Below are positions 8,829 to 17,454 of a stretch of DNA of 39,465 bases, piece by piece. The DNA is from an uncultured Candidatus Saccharibacteria bacterium (GTDB lineage: Bacteria; Patescibacteriota; Minisyncoccia; Phycocordibacterales; DATGWK01): assembly GCA_964442475.1 (NCBI GenBank), contig CAYTZJ010000002.1:1-39465 (forward strand). The letters run 5' to 3'. Numbering within the stretch: position 1 is the stretch's first letter; each line of letters opens with the position of its first letter. The notes beneath the pieces are model-generated. The model saw only the letters and a list, made by a program, of their open reading frames with translations, was not told where the DNA came from and did not search any database. The translations under genes and the position numbers were made by a program.

Positions 8829-8857
8829 TTGCCAAGTTTTTTTAAATTTGATAAAAC
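8829..8857 (+). promoter_or_regulatory. Candidate sigma70-type promoter, TTGCCA-17-TAAAAC with TGn
   Basis: TTGCCA (8829-8834), 17 nt spacer ending in TGA, then TAAAAC (8852-8857). Lies immediately after ruvC and about 50 nt upstream of the small acidic ORF. Confidence 0.4.
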
Positions 8858-8906
8858 AGTGCTACGTAAGTAGTTTGTATTTAAAAAAATAATTTTTAAA
8901 ATAAAT

Positions 8907-9050
8907 ATGGATGAATTTAAGGGTGATGAACCTCTAGATCCAATCGAAGCAATGGACGAAGAAGTAGAAGACGAGATGGAAGGTATGCACATCGATGGAG
9001 AAGAGGTTGCGGATGACGATGATGAAGTTCCAATAGAAACAGACTTGTAA
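8907..9050 (+). CDS. Small, highly acidic hypothetical protein (47 aa). Absent from the track because it is under 60 aa.
   Basis: MDEFKGDEPLDPIEAMDEEVEDEMEGMHIDGEEVADDDDEVPIETDL, 23 of 47 residues D/E. It has its own candidate promoter and is followed directly by a strong terminator. Confidence 0.45.
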   Translation: MDEFKGDEPLDPIEAMDEEVEDEMEGMHIDGEEVADDDDEVPIETDL

Positions 9051-9076
9051 AAAAAACTCCCTTCGGGGAGTTTTTT
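9051..9076. terminator. Bidirectional intrinsic terminator shared by the acidic ORF and tyrS
   Basis: aaaaaaCTCCCttcgGGGAGtttttt: a 5 bp GC stem, a TTCG loop, and A- and T-runs on either side. Confidence 0.85.
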
Positions 9077-9077
9077 G

Positions 9078-10301
9078 TTAAGAGTTTATTTTGACCTTAA
9101 GCCAACGACGTTTTCCAACACGATAAATCTTATGCTCAACACCCACGCTCGCGTTGGAAATTATGGTGCCGGTTTCTGCGTCAGAAACTGCATTTTCACT
9201 AACAAGTCTTCGCCACTCTGATTTTGATTCAACAATTTTTTCCTGAAGCATAATGTCTACAAGTTTTACACCAGGATTTGAAGTGACAGTTTTTATATCA
9301 TCTGGAATTTTTTTATCACTAAAAACCTCAATGAATTTTTCTTTTGCCTTTATTGCTTCTTTTTCTCCCCAATAAAGTGCGGTGAGCTTAGTTGCAAGTT
9401 CAAGTTTTATGTCTCGAGGATTTTCTCCGTATTCAAGTCTGCCACCAATTCGTTCTGCATCTTTTACAGAAACATTGGTGCAGAGTCGGAAATAACTAAC
9501 CATAAGATCATCGCGAACCGACATTACCTTTCCAAACATCTGATCCGGTGAATCAATAATATTGATAACATTACCCCACGATTTAGACATTTTTCGTCCA
9601 TCGGTACCATTGATCATTTCAGTAATGAGAATATCTTGCTCTTTTTGACCATAGTGTTTCTGAATTACACGTCCCGCCATTACATTAAAAAGTTGATCGA
9701 ACCCTCCGAGCTCAACGTCAGCCTTGATTGCAACGGAATCATACCCCTGCATCAGCGGATACATAAATTCTCGTAACGAAACCTCTATACCCTTTTCAAT
9801 TCGATCTTTGAAATTTCTCCGATTGGTCATTTGCTGAACAGTAAAACTTTCAGCAAGTTGGCAAATTTCATCAAATCTTAATTTCGAGAGCCAAGAACTG
9901 TTGTAAACGATTTCAGCCTTATCTACATTAATGATTTTTGCCAGCTGTTTCTTGTATCCGATTAAATTTTCTTTAATTTGATCTGCAGAAAGCATTGGGC
10001 GTTTATCGAGTTTGTCTGAAGGATCACCAATTTTTGCAGTAAAATCCCCAACAACAAGCACAACCTGATGACCAAGATCTTGAAAAGCTCGCAACTTCCA
10101 GAGCGTTACGGCATTTCCAATATGAATATTTTTTCCTGTTGGATCAATACCAAGTTTTACTCGAAGTCTCTTCCCCGATTTAAGTTTCGCCTCTAGGCTT
10201 TCTTTAACAAAAATTTCCTCTACCCCACGAGTGAGAATTTCGTGTATCTTTTCACTATCAGTAGAAACTTTTCCCGTACTATCACCAAAAATTCTTAACA
10301 T
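9078..10301 (-). CDS. tyrS: Tyrosine--tRNA ligase
   Basis: Class I motifs HIGN (HIGH) and KMSKS. Its 407 aa include a C-terminal S4-like domain (YRVGKRRWLKV). Confidence 0.85.
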   Translation of the reverse strand: MLRIFGDSTGKVSTDSEKIHEILTRGVEEIFVKESLEAKLKSGKRLRVKLGIDPTGKNIHIGNAVTLWKLRAFQDLGHQVVLVVGDFTAKIGDPSDKLDKRPMLSADQIKENLIGYKKQLAKIINVDKAEIVYNSSWLSKLRFDEICQLAESFTVQQMTNRRNFKDRIEKGIEVSLREFMYPLMQGYDSVAIKADVELGGFDQLFNVMAGRVIQKHYGQKEQDILITEMINGTDGRKMSKSWGNVINIIDSPDQMFGKVMSVRDDLMVSYFRLCTNVSVKDAERIGGRLEYGENPRDIKLELATKLTALYWGEKEAIKAKEKFIEVFSDKKIPDDIKTVTSNPGVKLVDIMLQEKIVESKSEWRRLVSENAVSDAETGTIISNASVGVEHKIYRVGKRRWLKVKINS

Positions 10302-10307
10302 GCGATT

Positions 10308-10316
10308 ACTTTAACA
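10308..10316 (-). promoter_or_regulatory. Extended -10 (TGTTAAAGT) placed 6 nt upstream of the tyrS ATG
   Basis: The reverse complement of actttaaca (10308-10316) is TGTTAAAGT. It is followed by AATCGC and then ATG (10301). Confidence 0.45.
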
Positions 10317-10433
10317 TAAATTTTAACCAATTCTTTAGGCGAGTTTTAAGCAACACAATACAAAATGCGCTTGTATTATATTAAATCAACCACCGTCTAT
10401 GGATGATACGTAGTGTGCTATCATACCAAATAA

Positions 10434-12902
10434 ATGCACTGGATTAAGGTTTTTTTGAAGAAAAAACATCTCTGGAACAAAACGAGTCTTGTTCGAGTCA
10501 TAACGCTTCTGGCGGCTATTTTTGTATTCCTTTCTGCTCTTTTTCTACTTTGGGTATCAAGTTGGAGAATCCCCGCCCTCGATTCTTTTGAGGGTCGTGA
10601 TGTGAGTCAATCAACCAAAATCTATGACCGAACAGGTGAAATTTTACTTTATGACGTATACCAAGATATCAAACGAACAGTTGTGCCGTTTGATAAAATC
10701 TCGCCCAACATTAAGGAAGCGGTTTTAGCAATTGAGGATGTAGATTTTTATAGTCACAAAGGTATCAAAATTACCTCTATAATCCGTGCTGTTATCGCAA
10801 ACATCACCGGTCTTGGATACAACCAAGGTGGTTCAACAATCACTCAACAAGTGGTTAAAAACTCCTTACTGACCAATGAAAAAAGTATTTCCAGAAAAAT
10901 TAAAGAGTGGGTTTTAGCCCCTAAACTTGAAAAGGTACTTACGAAAGAAGAGATTTTTAGTATTTATCTTAACGAAATCCCGTTTGGTGGAAATTTATAT
11001 GGCGCAGAAGAAGCAACACAAGCCTTTTTCGGAAAACCCTCAAGCGATGTCACTCTTGCCGAAGCTGCGTATTTAGCCGCTCTACCAAAGGCCCCAAGTT
11101 TTTATTCTCCATATGGTTCTCATAAAGACAAACTCGATGAACGAAAAAATTTGGTTCTAAGCGAAATGTTGCAAAATGGTTTTATTACACAAAAAGAATA
11201 TGACGATGCAAAAGCTGAAGTTGTCACCTTTAGACCACAATCAGAGTTTGGCATCAAAGCACCTCACTTTGTTCTCGAAGTTCGAGAAGAACTAGTAAAA
11301 AAATATGGTGAGCGCGTATTAGAAGAGGGTGGACTTAGAGTCATTACTACCCTTAACTACGACCTACAGAAAAAGGCTGAGGACTACGCAAAAGAATTTG
11401 CAGAACAAAACAAGAAAAACTTTGACGCTGAGAATATCGCACTCGTTGCACTAGATCCAAACAATGGAGACATTTTGTCGATGGTTGGCTCTAGAAACTA
11501 CTTCGACAAAGAGATTCAAGGTAACTTCAATATCACAACGGCACACCGCCAACCCGGCTCGGCATTCAAACCTTTTGCCTATGCCCAGGCATTTAGTCGA
11601 GGATACACCCCAGACACAGTTCTTTTTGACCTTCCAACAGAATTCTCTACAACCTGCACACCAGAAGGTAAACCTCGTTCAAGTTCTTCGAACTGTTACA
11701 TGCCTGGCAACTATGACCTAAAGTATCATGGTCCAATGAGCATGCGAAACGCCCTGGCTCAATCTGTAAACATTGCTTCTATCAAGGCTTTTTATCTCGC
11801 GGGAATGCAAGACACGCTTCGTCTAGCTCAAAGTATGGGAATTCAAAGTCTTGGTGACATCAACCAATATGGACTCACGCTAGTGCTCGGAGGGGGTGAG
11901 GTTTCTCTTTTGGACATACCAAGTGAGTATGGAGTGTTAGCCAAAGACAGTGAGCGAAATCCGTACCGATATATTCTGGAGGTTAAAGACCAAAACGTCG
12001 AAACACTTGAAAAAACAGAAACAAAACCGATCCGAGTTCTTGAAGCAAATGTTGCTCAGCAGATCTCTGACATTCTTTCTGACGAACAAGCCCGTGCGCC
12101 AGCCTTTGGCTACAATTCCCCCCTGCACTTCCCCGGCCGTGACGTTGCTGTAAAGACCGGTACGACAAACGACTATCGTGATGCCGTCATTGTCGGCTAC
12201 ACACCAAACATTGCAATTGGTGCATGGGCTGGAAACAACGATAATCATCCGATGCAAAGAAAAATTGCTGCCTTTATCATTGCCCCATTCTGGAACAAGG
12301 TTATGAACGAAGCCCTCAAAATCACTCCGAACGAAACATTCACTCGACCTGTAGTAGAAAACGGCAGAGACCTCAAACCAGTACTGAGGGGTATTTGGCA
12401 GGGTGGCATATCAAAATCAACCAATAATCAAGAAGAGATTGTAACTGGTGGCGTACACGACATTCTTTATTGGGTAAACAAAGAAGATCCACGTGGACCA
12501 GTTCCTCGTAACCCTGACGATGACTCGCAGTTTAAAAACTGGGAATACGCTGTTAAAAACTGGGTGCGAAACAACAACATTGTTCAAACCGATATTTCCA
12601 CACCACAAACCAGCAACGACAAGGAACCTGATATTGAAATTATTAGTCCAGTCGCAAGAAACACGTATGGAATGGAAACTGCAATTAATGTTTCCTTTGA
12701 GGCTGGTAATGGTAGCCCGATTTCGAAAGTAGAATATTATCTAAATAATGAATATGGAGGCAGTGCCAACTCACCCTTCAATATTGTTTTTGTTCCAGCA
12801 GAATTTACATCTTCCAAGAAGGGATCAAACATACTCAAGTTAATATTTACCGACGTTGCAAATCATCGAATAGAAAAAACAGTTCGTTTTACGATAAACT
12901 AG
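10434..12902 (+). CDS. Class A penicillin-binding protein (glycosyltransferase plus transpeptidase) with a C-terminal Ig-like extension
   Basis: N-terminal TM. GT51 motifs EDVDFYSHKG and GGSTITQQ. Transpeptidase motifs SAFKPF (SxxK) and KTGTT. Confidence 0.9.
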   Translation: MHWIKVFLKKKHLWNKTSLVRVITLLAAIFVFLSALFLLWVSSWRIPALDSFEGRDVSQSTKIYDRTGEILLYDVYQDIKRTVVPFDKISPNIKEAVLAIEDVDFYSHKGIKITSIIRAVIANITGLGYNQGGSTITQQVVKNSLLTNEKSISRKIKEWVLAPKLEKVLTKEEIFSIYLNEIPFGGNLYGAEEATQAFFGKPSSDVTLAEAAYLAALPKAPSFYSPYGSHKDKLDERKNLVLSEMLQNGFITQKEYDDAKAEVVTFRPQSEFGIKAPHFVLEVREELVKKYGERVLEEGGLRVITTLNYDLQKKAEDYAKEFAEQNKKNFDAENIALVALDPNNGDILSMVGSRNYFDKEIQGNFNITTAHRQPGSAFKPFAYAQAFSRGYTPDTVLFDLPTEFSTTCTPEGKPRSSSSNCYMPGNYDLKYHGPMSMRNALAQSVNIASIKAFYLAGMQDTLRLAQSMGIQSLGDINQYGLTLVLGGGEVSLLDIPSEYGVLAKDSERNPYRYILEVKDQNVETLEKTETKPIRVLEANVAQQISDILSDEQARAPAFGYNSPLHFPGRDVAVKTGTTNDYRDAVIVGYTPNIAIGAWAGNNDNHPMQRKIAAFIIAPFWNKVMNEALKITPNETFTRPVVENGRDLKPVLRGIWQGGISKSTNNQEEIVTGGVHDILYWVNKEDPRGPVPRNPDDDSQFKNWEYAVKNWVRNNNIVQTDISTPQTSNDKEPDIEIISPVARNTYGMETAINVSFEAGNGSPISKVEYYLNNEYGGSANSPFNIVFVPAEFTSSKKGSNILKLIFTDVANHRIEKTVRFTIN

Positions 12903-13153
12903 CAAATATCAACAATTGCCGGTTTTATTTTTTGGTTGATGTTTGAGAGAACATCAGCTTTTTTCATAAACAAAACACTCTTCGCGCTAGAACCAATGTT
13001 TAATCGCACAATTTTACCCCTAATTTCAATTTGTTCTGGAGTTATATCCAAACCCACACAAGACTTACAGGACGCGACTATAACCTCCTTTTTATTCGAA
13101 AGTCCGGCGAAGGCACTTTTAAATTTCGCAAAAAATCCATCGATATGATTCAT
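12899..13153 (-). CDS. DUF721/DciA-like small protein downstream of dnaN
   Basis: Position after dnaN, and IRGKIVRLNIGSSAKSVLFMKKADVLSNIN resembles the DUF721 core pattern. The stop overlaps the PBP stop within CTAG. Confidence 0.5.
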   Translation of the reverse strand: MNHIDGFFAKFKSAFAGLSNKKEVIVASCKSCVGLDITPEQIEIRGKIVRLNIGSSAKSVLFMKKADVLSNINQKIKPAIVDIC

Positions 13154-13171
13154 GTAGCTTATTTTACTACT

Positions 13172-14275
13172 CTACCGATTCATTGGCATTACTAGATACA
13201 AAAAAGAAGAATCTCCTACTCCACGTATAACAAGAGGTCTATTGAGTCCATTAAAGGAAAGAGAAACACTGTCGCTACTAAGTGAAGAAAAACAGTCTGT
13301 AACATATTTATGATTAAAATTCACAGACACATCAGTTCCCTTTAATGTTGCATCAACCTTATTTGTACTTTCACCCAGATCGGCATTGCTTGTCTTGATT
13401 TCAAATAATTTTTTACTTGGTTCTGCCTTAAGATTCACTTGATTGAACTTATCAGAAAAAATATTTGCAATTTTAAAGGCTTGTACTAGGTCGTCCTTAA
13501 GAACAATTGCTTCTGTTTGATTATCTTTGGGAATAATTTGATTGTAGTCAGGAAAAACCCCATCAATTACTCGTGAGGAAAGATATACCCCATCATACGA
13601 TATGGCGATTTGGGTTTTTGTTACAGCAAAATCAACATCCCCATCTGCTGCATCAAGGATTTTAATAATTTCTTGTGCGTTTTTGAATGGAATCAAAATA
13701 CTTTCAAATGGTTTTTGATCCTTAAGTTTTATTCTCTTTTCCGCCAATCTAAAAGAGTCGGTGGCAGCACATACTAAAGTGTCGTCATCACATTTAACCA
13801 AAATACTCGAAAGTTCTGGTTTGATACTTGAAACAGATGAGCTATACCAAACAGATCTTAGACCCTTTGCAAAATCTGAACTTTTAATCTTAAAAGAAAT
13901 TTCCTTACTAACCTCTGGAATCGACGGAAAATCATCTGCAGATTGAGACTTGATGGTGGTGGCAGTTTTTTCTGTTGTGATCTTAAGAAGCCCCGTTTCT
14001 GTTGTTTCAAGGGTTATATTTTTCTCGTATTGAGAATTATTTAAAAAACCCGAAAGTACTGAACCAGGAACCGCAATTCTTCCTTCTCTTTGCGTTTTTG
14101 TGGGTATTGTAATTTCGATACCTAAATCTAAATTCGTCGCTTTGATTGAAAGGATGTTATTGCTTGCTTCCAATAAAACACATCCAAGCACTGGTAGTGA
14201 AAGATTTTTACCAGTTATCTTCTCGGCTTGTGCGATTGCGGTTGTTAACTTTTCTTTTACACATTCTGTCTTCAT
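13172..14275 (-). CDS. dnaN: DNA polymerase III beta sliding clamp
   Basis: 367 aa with three-domain clamp-like periodicity, ending in LVMPMNR. Lies immediately downstream of dnaA. Confidence 0.9.
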   Translation of the reverse strand: MKTECVKEKLTTAIAQAEKITGKNLSLPVLGCVLLEASNNILSIKATNLDLGIEITIPTKTQREGRIAVPGSVLSGFLNNSQYEKNITLETTETGLLKITTEKTATTIKSQSADDFPSIPEVSKEISFKIKSSDFAKGLRSVWYSSSVSSIKPELSSILVKCDDDTLVCAATDSFRLAEKRIKLKDQKPFESILIPFKNAQEIIKILDAADGDVDFAVTKTQIAISYDGVYLSSRVIDGVFPDYNQIIPKDNQTEAIVLKDDLVQAFKIANIFSDKFNQVNLKAEPSKKLFEIKTSNADLGESTNKVDATLKGTDVSVNFNHKYVTDCFSSLSSDSVSLSFNGLNRPLVIRGVGDSSFLYLVMPMNR

Positions 14276-14526
14276 ATTTCTATATATAAATACTACTACT
14301 AATACTAGTGTTGTGGATATCTTGATAACTCAAGAATTCCCTTTAAAAATAAGGCTAAATTCGTATTTTTTATCCCCACACTCTGTTTATAAAAAAGAAC
14401 TATATGTGTGTTGAGCCACCCAGTTGGGGAAATCCCTAGTTTTTGTCCCCAACTTATTTTCTGCAATCCCGAGGTTTTGAAGTGTTTTTCAGTAGTTTTC
14501 ATGGGTTTATTCAGAGGTTATTAACA
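14276..14526. other. Candidate oriC segment (dnaA-dnaN intergenic)
   Basis: DnaA-box-like 9-mers TGTGGATAT (14312-14320) and TTATCCCCA (14369-14377), each 8/9 to TTATNCACA. AT-rich tatatataaatactactactaat (14281-14303). Perfect 9 bp inverted repeat AGTTGGGGA/TCCCCAACT (14422-14430 and 14446-14454). Confidence 0.45.
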
Positions 14527-15912
14527 CTATGTTATAAGAGCTCTAATTTGATTTAGTTCTTGCCCAAGTCCAGAATCGGTTTTTAAATCACCTTTAATTT
14601 TTTCGCATGAATGTATGACGGTTGTGTGGTCGCGCCCACCAAGACGTTCGCCAATTGAAGGATATGAAATTTTAAAGTCCTCTCGAAGGATATACATGGT
14701 GATTTGACGAGGGCGGATAACTTCTTTTTTTCGAGTTTTCTCGTAAATACTAGATTCTTCGATATTATAAAAATCGGCGACAATTTTTATGACCTCTTTT
14801 GTAGAAAGGGTTCGTTTCGCAGGTCGAGCGCTGTTTTTAAGTAAGTTTTTAACCTCCAAGAGGGATAATTCCCTGCCCTTAAGTTGGGCTTGGCACACAA
14901 CTGCGTTGAGTACCCCTTCGAGTTCTCGAATATTGGTAGAAACCGAAGCTGCAATGAAGTCGATGATTTCGTCGGTGAATATTACTTCTTGGCTTCTGAG
15001 TTTGGCTTTAAGTATTGCAAGTCGGGATTCGTGGTCCGGTGCAGGAATATCAACAATCATTCCAGCTGCAAAACGTGATCGAAGACGATCTTCAAGGTTG
15101 GGGATGTAGTTGGGGTGTTTGTCGGATGAAAAAATGATCTGTTTATTGTTGTCGTAGAGGTGGTTAAACAAATGAAAGAGTTCTTCTTGGGTTTTTTCTG
15201 TTTTAGAAAGAAACTGGATATCGTCCATAATTAAAACATCATATTTTCGGTATTTTTCTTTAAAATTGTTGATTTTGTTGGAGTTGTGGGGGTTGCTTTG
15301 GGCAGATTGTACAGAAGAAACGTAGTCACCAGCGAATTTTTCTGAGGTTACATAGTGAATTCTCATTTCTGGATACATATGCTTGAGATAGTTACCAACC
15401 GCTTGGATTAAATGAGTTTTGCCGTGGCCAGTGCTTCCGTAGACAAAAAGTGGGTTGTATACAATACCGGGTTTTTTGACTACAGCTTGGGCTGCGGCGT
15501 GTGCAAGTTCGTTAAATGGACCAACGATAAATGAATCAAAACCATATCGTGGGTTTAGATTGTCTTCTTTGTTGATATAGAAATCAGAAAGAGGAAGTTC
15601 GTTATTAAGAACCGCGTTTACAGAAGAACGTTCTTCGGTTGGAGCGCGTTTCTTCTCCCCTCCTCTGCTGATTGTGTACTCTAGAGAACGAATAGACGGC
15701 AGTGTGGTGCGTAATATTTTTAGGATTGCACCGTGATATTTTTTGAAAAGCCAATCTTTAACAAAATTATTGGGAACACTTACAAACACAACCCCGTCCT
15801 CTACTTTAAAGATTGATGTGTCGCGAAACCATGTGTTGAAGTTTGGTTTTGAAACAGAAAGTTCCATTTCAACAAGTACGTTATCCCAAAGTTTCTTGAT
15901 GTCTGGAGTCAT
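14527..15912 (-). CDS. dnaA: Chromosomal replication initiator DnaA
   Basis: AAA+ P-loop GSTGHGKTHL, VLIMDDIQF, and the C-terminal DNA-binding domain (GGRDHTTVIHSCEKI). Confidence 0.97.
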   Translation of the reverse strand: MTPDIKKLWDNVLVEMELSVSKPNFNTWFRDTSIFKVEDGVVFVSVPNNFVKDWLFKKYHGAILKILRTTLPSIRSLEYTISRGGEKKRAPTEERSSVNAVLNNELPLSDFYINKEDNLNPRYGFDSFIVGPFNELAHAAAQAVVKKPGIVYNPLFVYGSTGHGKTHLIQAVGNYLKHMYPEMRIHYVTSEKFAGDYVSSVQSAQSNPHNSNKINNFKEKYRKYDVLIMDDIQFLSKTEKTQEELFHLFNHLYDNNKQIIFSSDKHPNYIPNLEDRLRSRFAAGMIVDIPAPDHESRLAILKAKLRSQEVIFTDEIIDFIAASVSTNIRELEGVLNAVVCQAQLKGRELSLLEVKNLLKNSARPAKRTLSTKEVIKIVADFYNIEESSIYEKTRKKEVIRPRQITMYILREDFKISYPSIGERLGGRDHTTVIHSCEKIKGDLKTDSGLGQELNQIRALIT

Positions 15913-16140
15913 TGAGGTGTTGTTGGAGTGGATTATACACTCGATGCTGCATTATAGTACTTGTTGTCCGTCATGATCTATGTTCATAAGGTGTGAATAT
16001 GTTGTGGACCCAAAAAATTGTTAACTAATTTGTGATCAGTGATATTTTTGTTCGTTGTTTTTTGTGTTGGGGAGGATTGAATGAGGTTGTGGGTTTTATC
16101 TATGTGGCACTCATGTTTTTATGGTGGCGATTAAGTGAGG
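15913..16140. other. Candidate oriC segment / dnaA control region (dnaA-rpmH intergenic)
   Basis: Same-orientation cluster of TGTG(G/A)-core elements. Examples are TGTGAATAT at 15992-16000 (8/9), TGTGGACCC, TGTGATCAG, TTGTGGGTT and ATGTGGCAC. Two TATAAT hexamers lie on the dnaA strand (plus attata at 15932-15937 and 15951-15956). Confidence 0.4.
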
Positions 16141-16169
16141 TTGATTAAAATTTAAATGTGTCGTAGTAT
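16141..16169 (+). promoter_or_regulatory. Candidate rpmH promoter, TTGATT-17-TAGTAT
   Basis: TTGATT (16141-16146), 17 nt spacer, TAGTAT (16164-16169), then 11 nt to the ATG. This implies only a few nt of 5' UTR. Confidence 0.5.
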
Positions 16170-16180
16170 CTCAAACACAT

Positions 16181-16321
16181 ATGAAAAATGGTTTAACATA
16201 CAGACCAAAGAAACGAAAACGAGCACGAAGTCACGGTTTTCTTCAGAGAATGGCGACCCCAGGGGGCAAAAGAACTCTTTCTCGACGTCGATCGAAGGGT
16301 CGAAAGCGTGTTTCTCTTTAA
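16181..16321 (+). CDS. rpmH: 50S ribosomal protein L34
   Basis: [46 protein letters not shown] is a near-canonical L34. Under 60 aa, so absent from the track. Confidence 0.95.
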   Translation: MKNGLTYRPKKRKRARSHGFLQRMATPGGKRTLSRRRSKGRKRVSL

Positions 16322-16328
16322 GCTAATA

Positions 16329-16670
16329 ATGCTTCCACGTAACCAAAGAATCCCCAAGGCAGCTGCGCGCGAGGTGTTTATGCGTGGAAATACATTCTCT
16401 TTCCCCTACTTTTTACTCAAGATTCTTCCTTCGGATCAAAAAGAAAGTCGTTTTGCTGTTTCTGTATCAAAAAAAATTGCTCCCACCGCTGTATTACGAA
16501 ACCGAACTCGCCGAAGGGTTTATTCGGTACTCAGAAACTACATTATTAGAACGAAGGCTGGTTTCAATGTTGCCTTTGTTGCAAAAAAAGGGGCGGACAA
16601 TCTCAAGGGTGAGGTTTTGGTAAAAGAAATTGAAACCGCTTTGGTTCACGCCAAACTCCTCGTTCGTTGA
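16329..16670 (+). CDS. rnpA: RNase P protein component
   Basis: Follows rpmH. Basic, about 113 aa, with RFAVSVSKKIAPTAVLRNRTRRRV (RNR motif). Confidence 0.85.
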   Translation: MLPRNQRIPKAAAREVFMRGNTFSFPYFLLKILPSDQKESRFAVSVSKKIAPTAVLRNRTRRRVYSVLRNYIIRTKAGFNVAFVAKKGADNLKGEVLVKEIETALVHAKLLVR

Positions 16671-16704
16671 AAGCTTCATTATATTAAGTACAATAGATAT
16701 ACAA

Positions 16705-17454
16705 ATGTCATTTCTCTATCACACCCTCGTTTACAACCCCCTATATAACGGACTGATTTATTTAATGGATGTGTTGCCGTGGATTGATGCTGGCCTTGCG
16801 ATTGTTATTTTTACTATAATCGTCAAGCTCATTCTCTTCCCTCTTTCCAAGAAGGCCGTAACTACTCAGCTTAAGATGAAGAAGGTTGAGCCGGAACTTA
16901 ATGCGCTTAAGGAAAAGTATAAAGATGATAAACAGCTACATGCAAAAAAAACCATGGAGCTTTATCGAACCAACGGAATCAACCCTTTTGCTGGAATTAT
17001 TTTGATTTTAATCCAACTCCCAATAATCATTGCTCTCTATCGGGTGTTCTTGTCTGGTTTTTCCAATATTGATGCGAGCATTCTTTATTCGTTCGTTCAT
17101 GTGCCAATTGCGATAAATACAGAGTTTCTTGGTCTTGTGGACATAACTAGCAAAAGCCTAATTTTGGCGCTTCTTGCGGGTGTTTCTTCGTTTATACAGG
17201 TTAAGCTTTCTGTTCCTCCGGTATCAAAATCAGAAAAGTTACGCGAAAATATGACCAAAGAAGAGCGTTTTAAACATGACCTAACAAGAAGTATGGGTTT
17301 GCAAATGAGATACATGCTCCCTGCCCTTGCGTTTTTTGTTTCTTGGACAATTTCTGGCGCAATTGCAGTGTATTGGATCACAAGCAATCTTTTCTCCATC
17401 GGACAGGAGTTGGTAATTCGTCGCTCTATTAAGAAAGCTGAAGCAAAAAGTTAG
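16705..17454 (+). CDS. yidC: Membrane protein insertase YidC (short form)
   Basis: Follows rnpA. Multi-TM, with LSKKAVTTQLKMKKVEPELNALKEKYKDD and NPFAGIILILIQLPIIIALY, typical of YidC/Oxa1. Confidence 0.85.
   Translation: MSFLYHTLVYNPLYNGLIYLMDVLPWIDAGLAIVIFTIIVKLILFPLSKKAVTTQLKMKKVEPELNALKEKYKDDKQLHAKKTMELYRTNGINPFAGIILILIQLPIIIALYRVFLSGFSNIDASILYSFVHVPIAINTEFLGLVDITSKSLILALLAGVSSFIQVKLSVPPVSKSEKLRENMTKEERFKHDLTRSMGLQMRYMLPALAFFVSWTISGAIAVYWITSNLFSIGQELVIRRSIKKAEAKS

Noticed and set aside
8789-8992. 67 aa minus-strand ORF (SSTSSS-rich)
   Set aside because: It is the mirror image of the GAA/GAT-rich acidic ORF on the plus strand, which has its own promoter and terminator.
14305-14502. 65 aa minus-strand ORF in the dnaA-dnaN spacer
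   Set aside because: It overlaps the DnaA-box-like elements and the inverted repeat. The region is better explained as origin or regulatory DNA.
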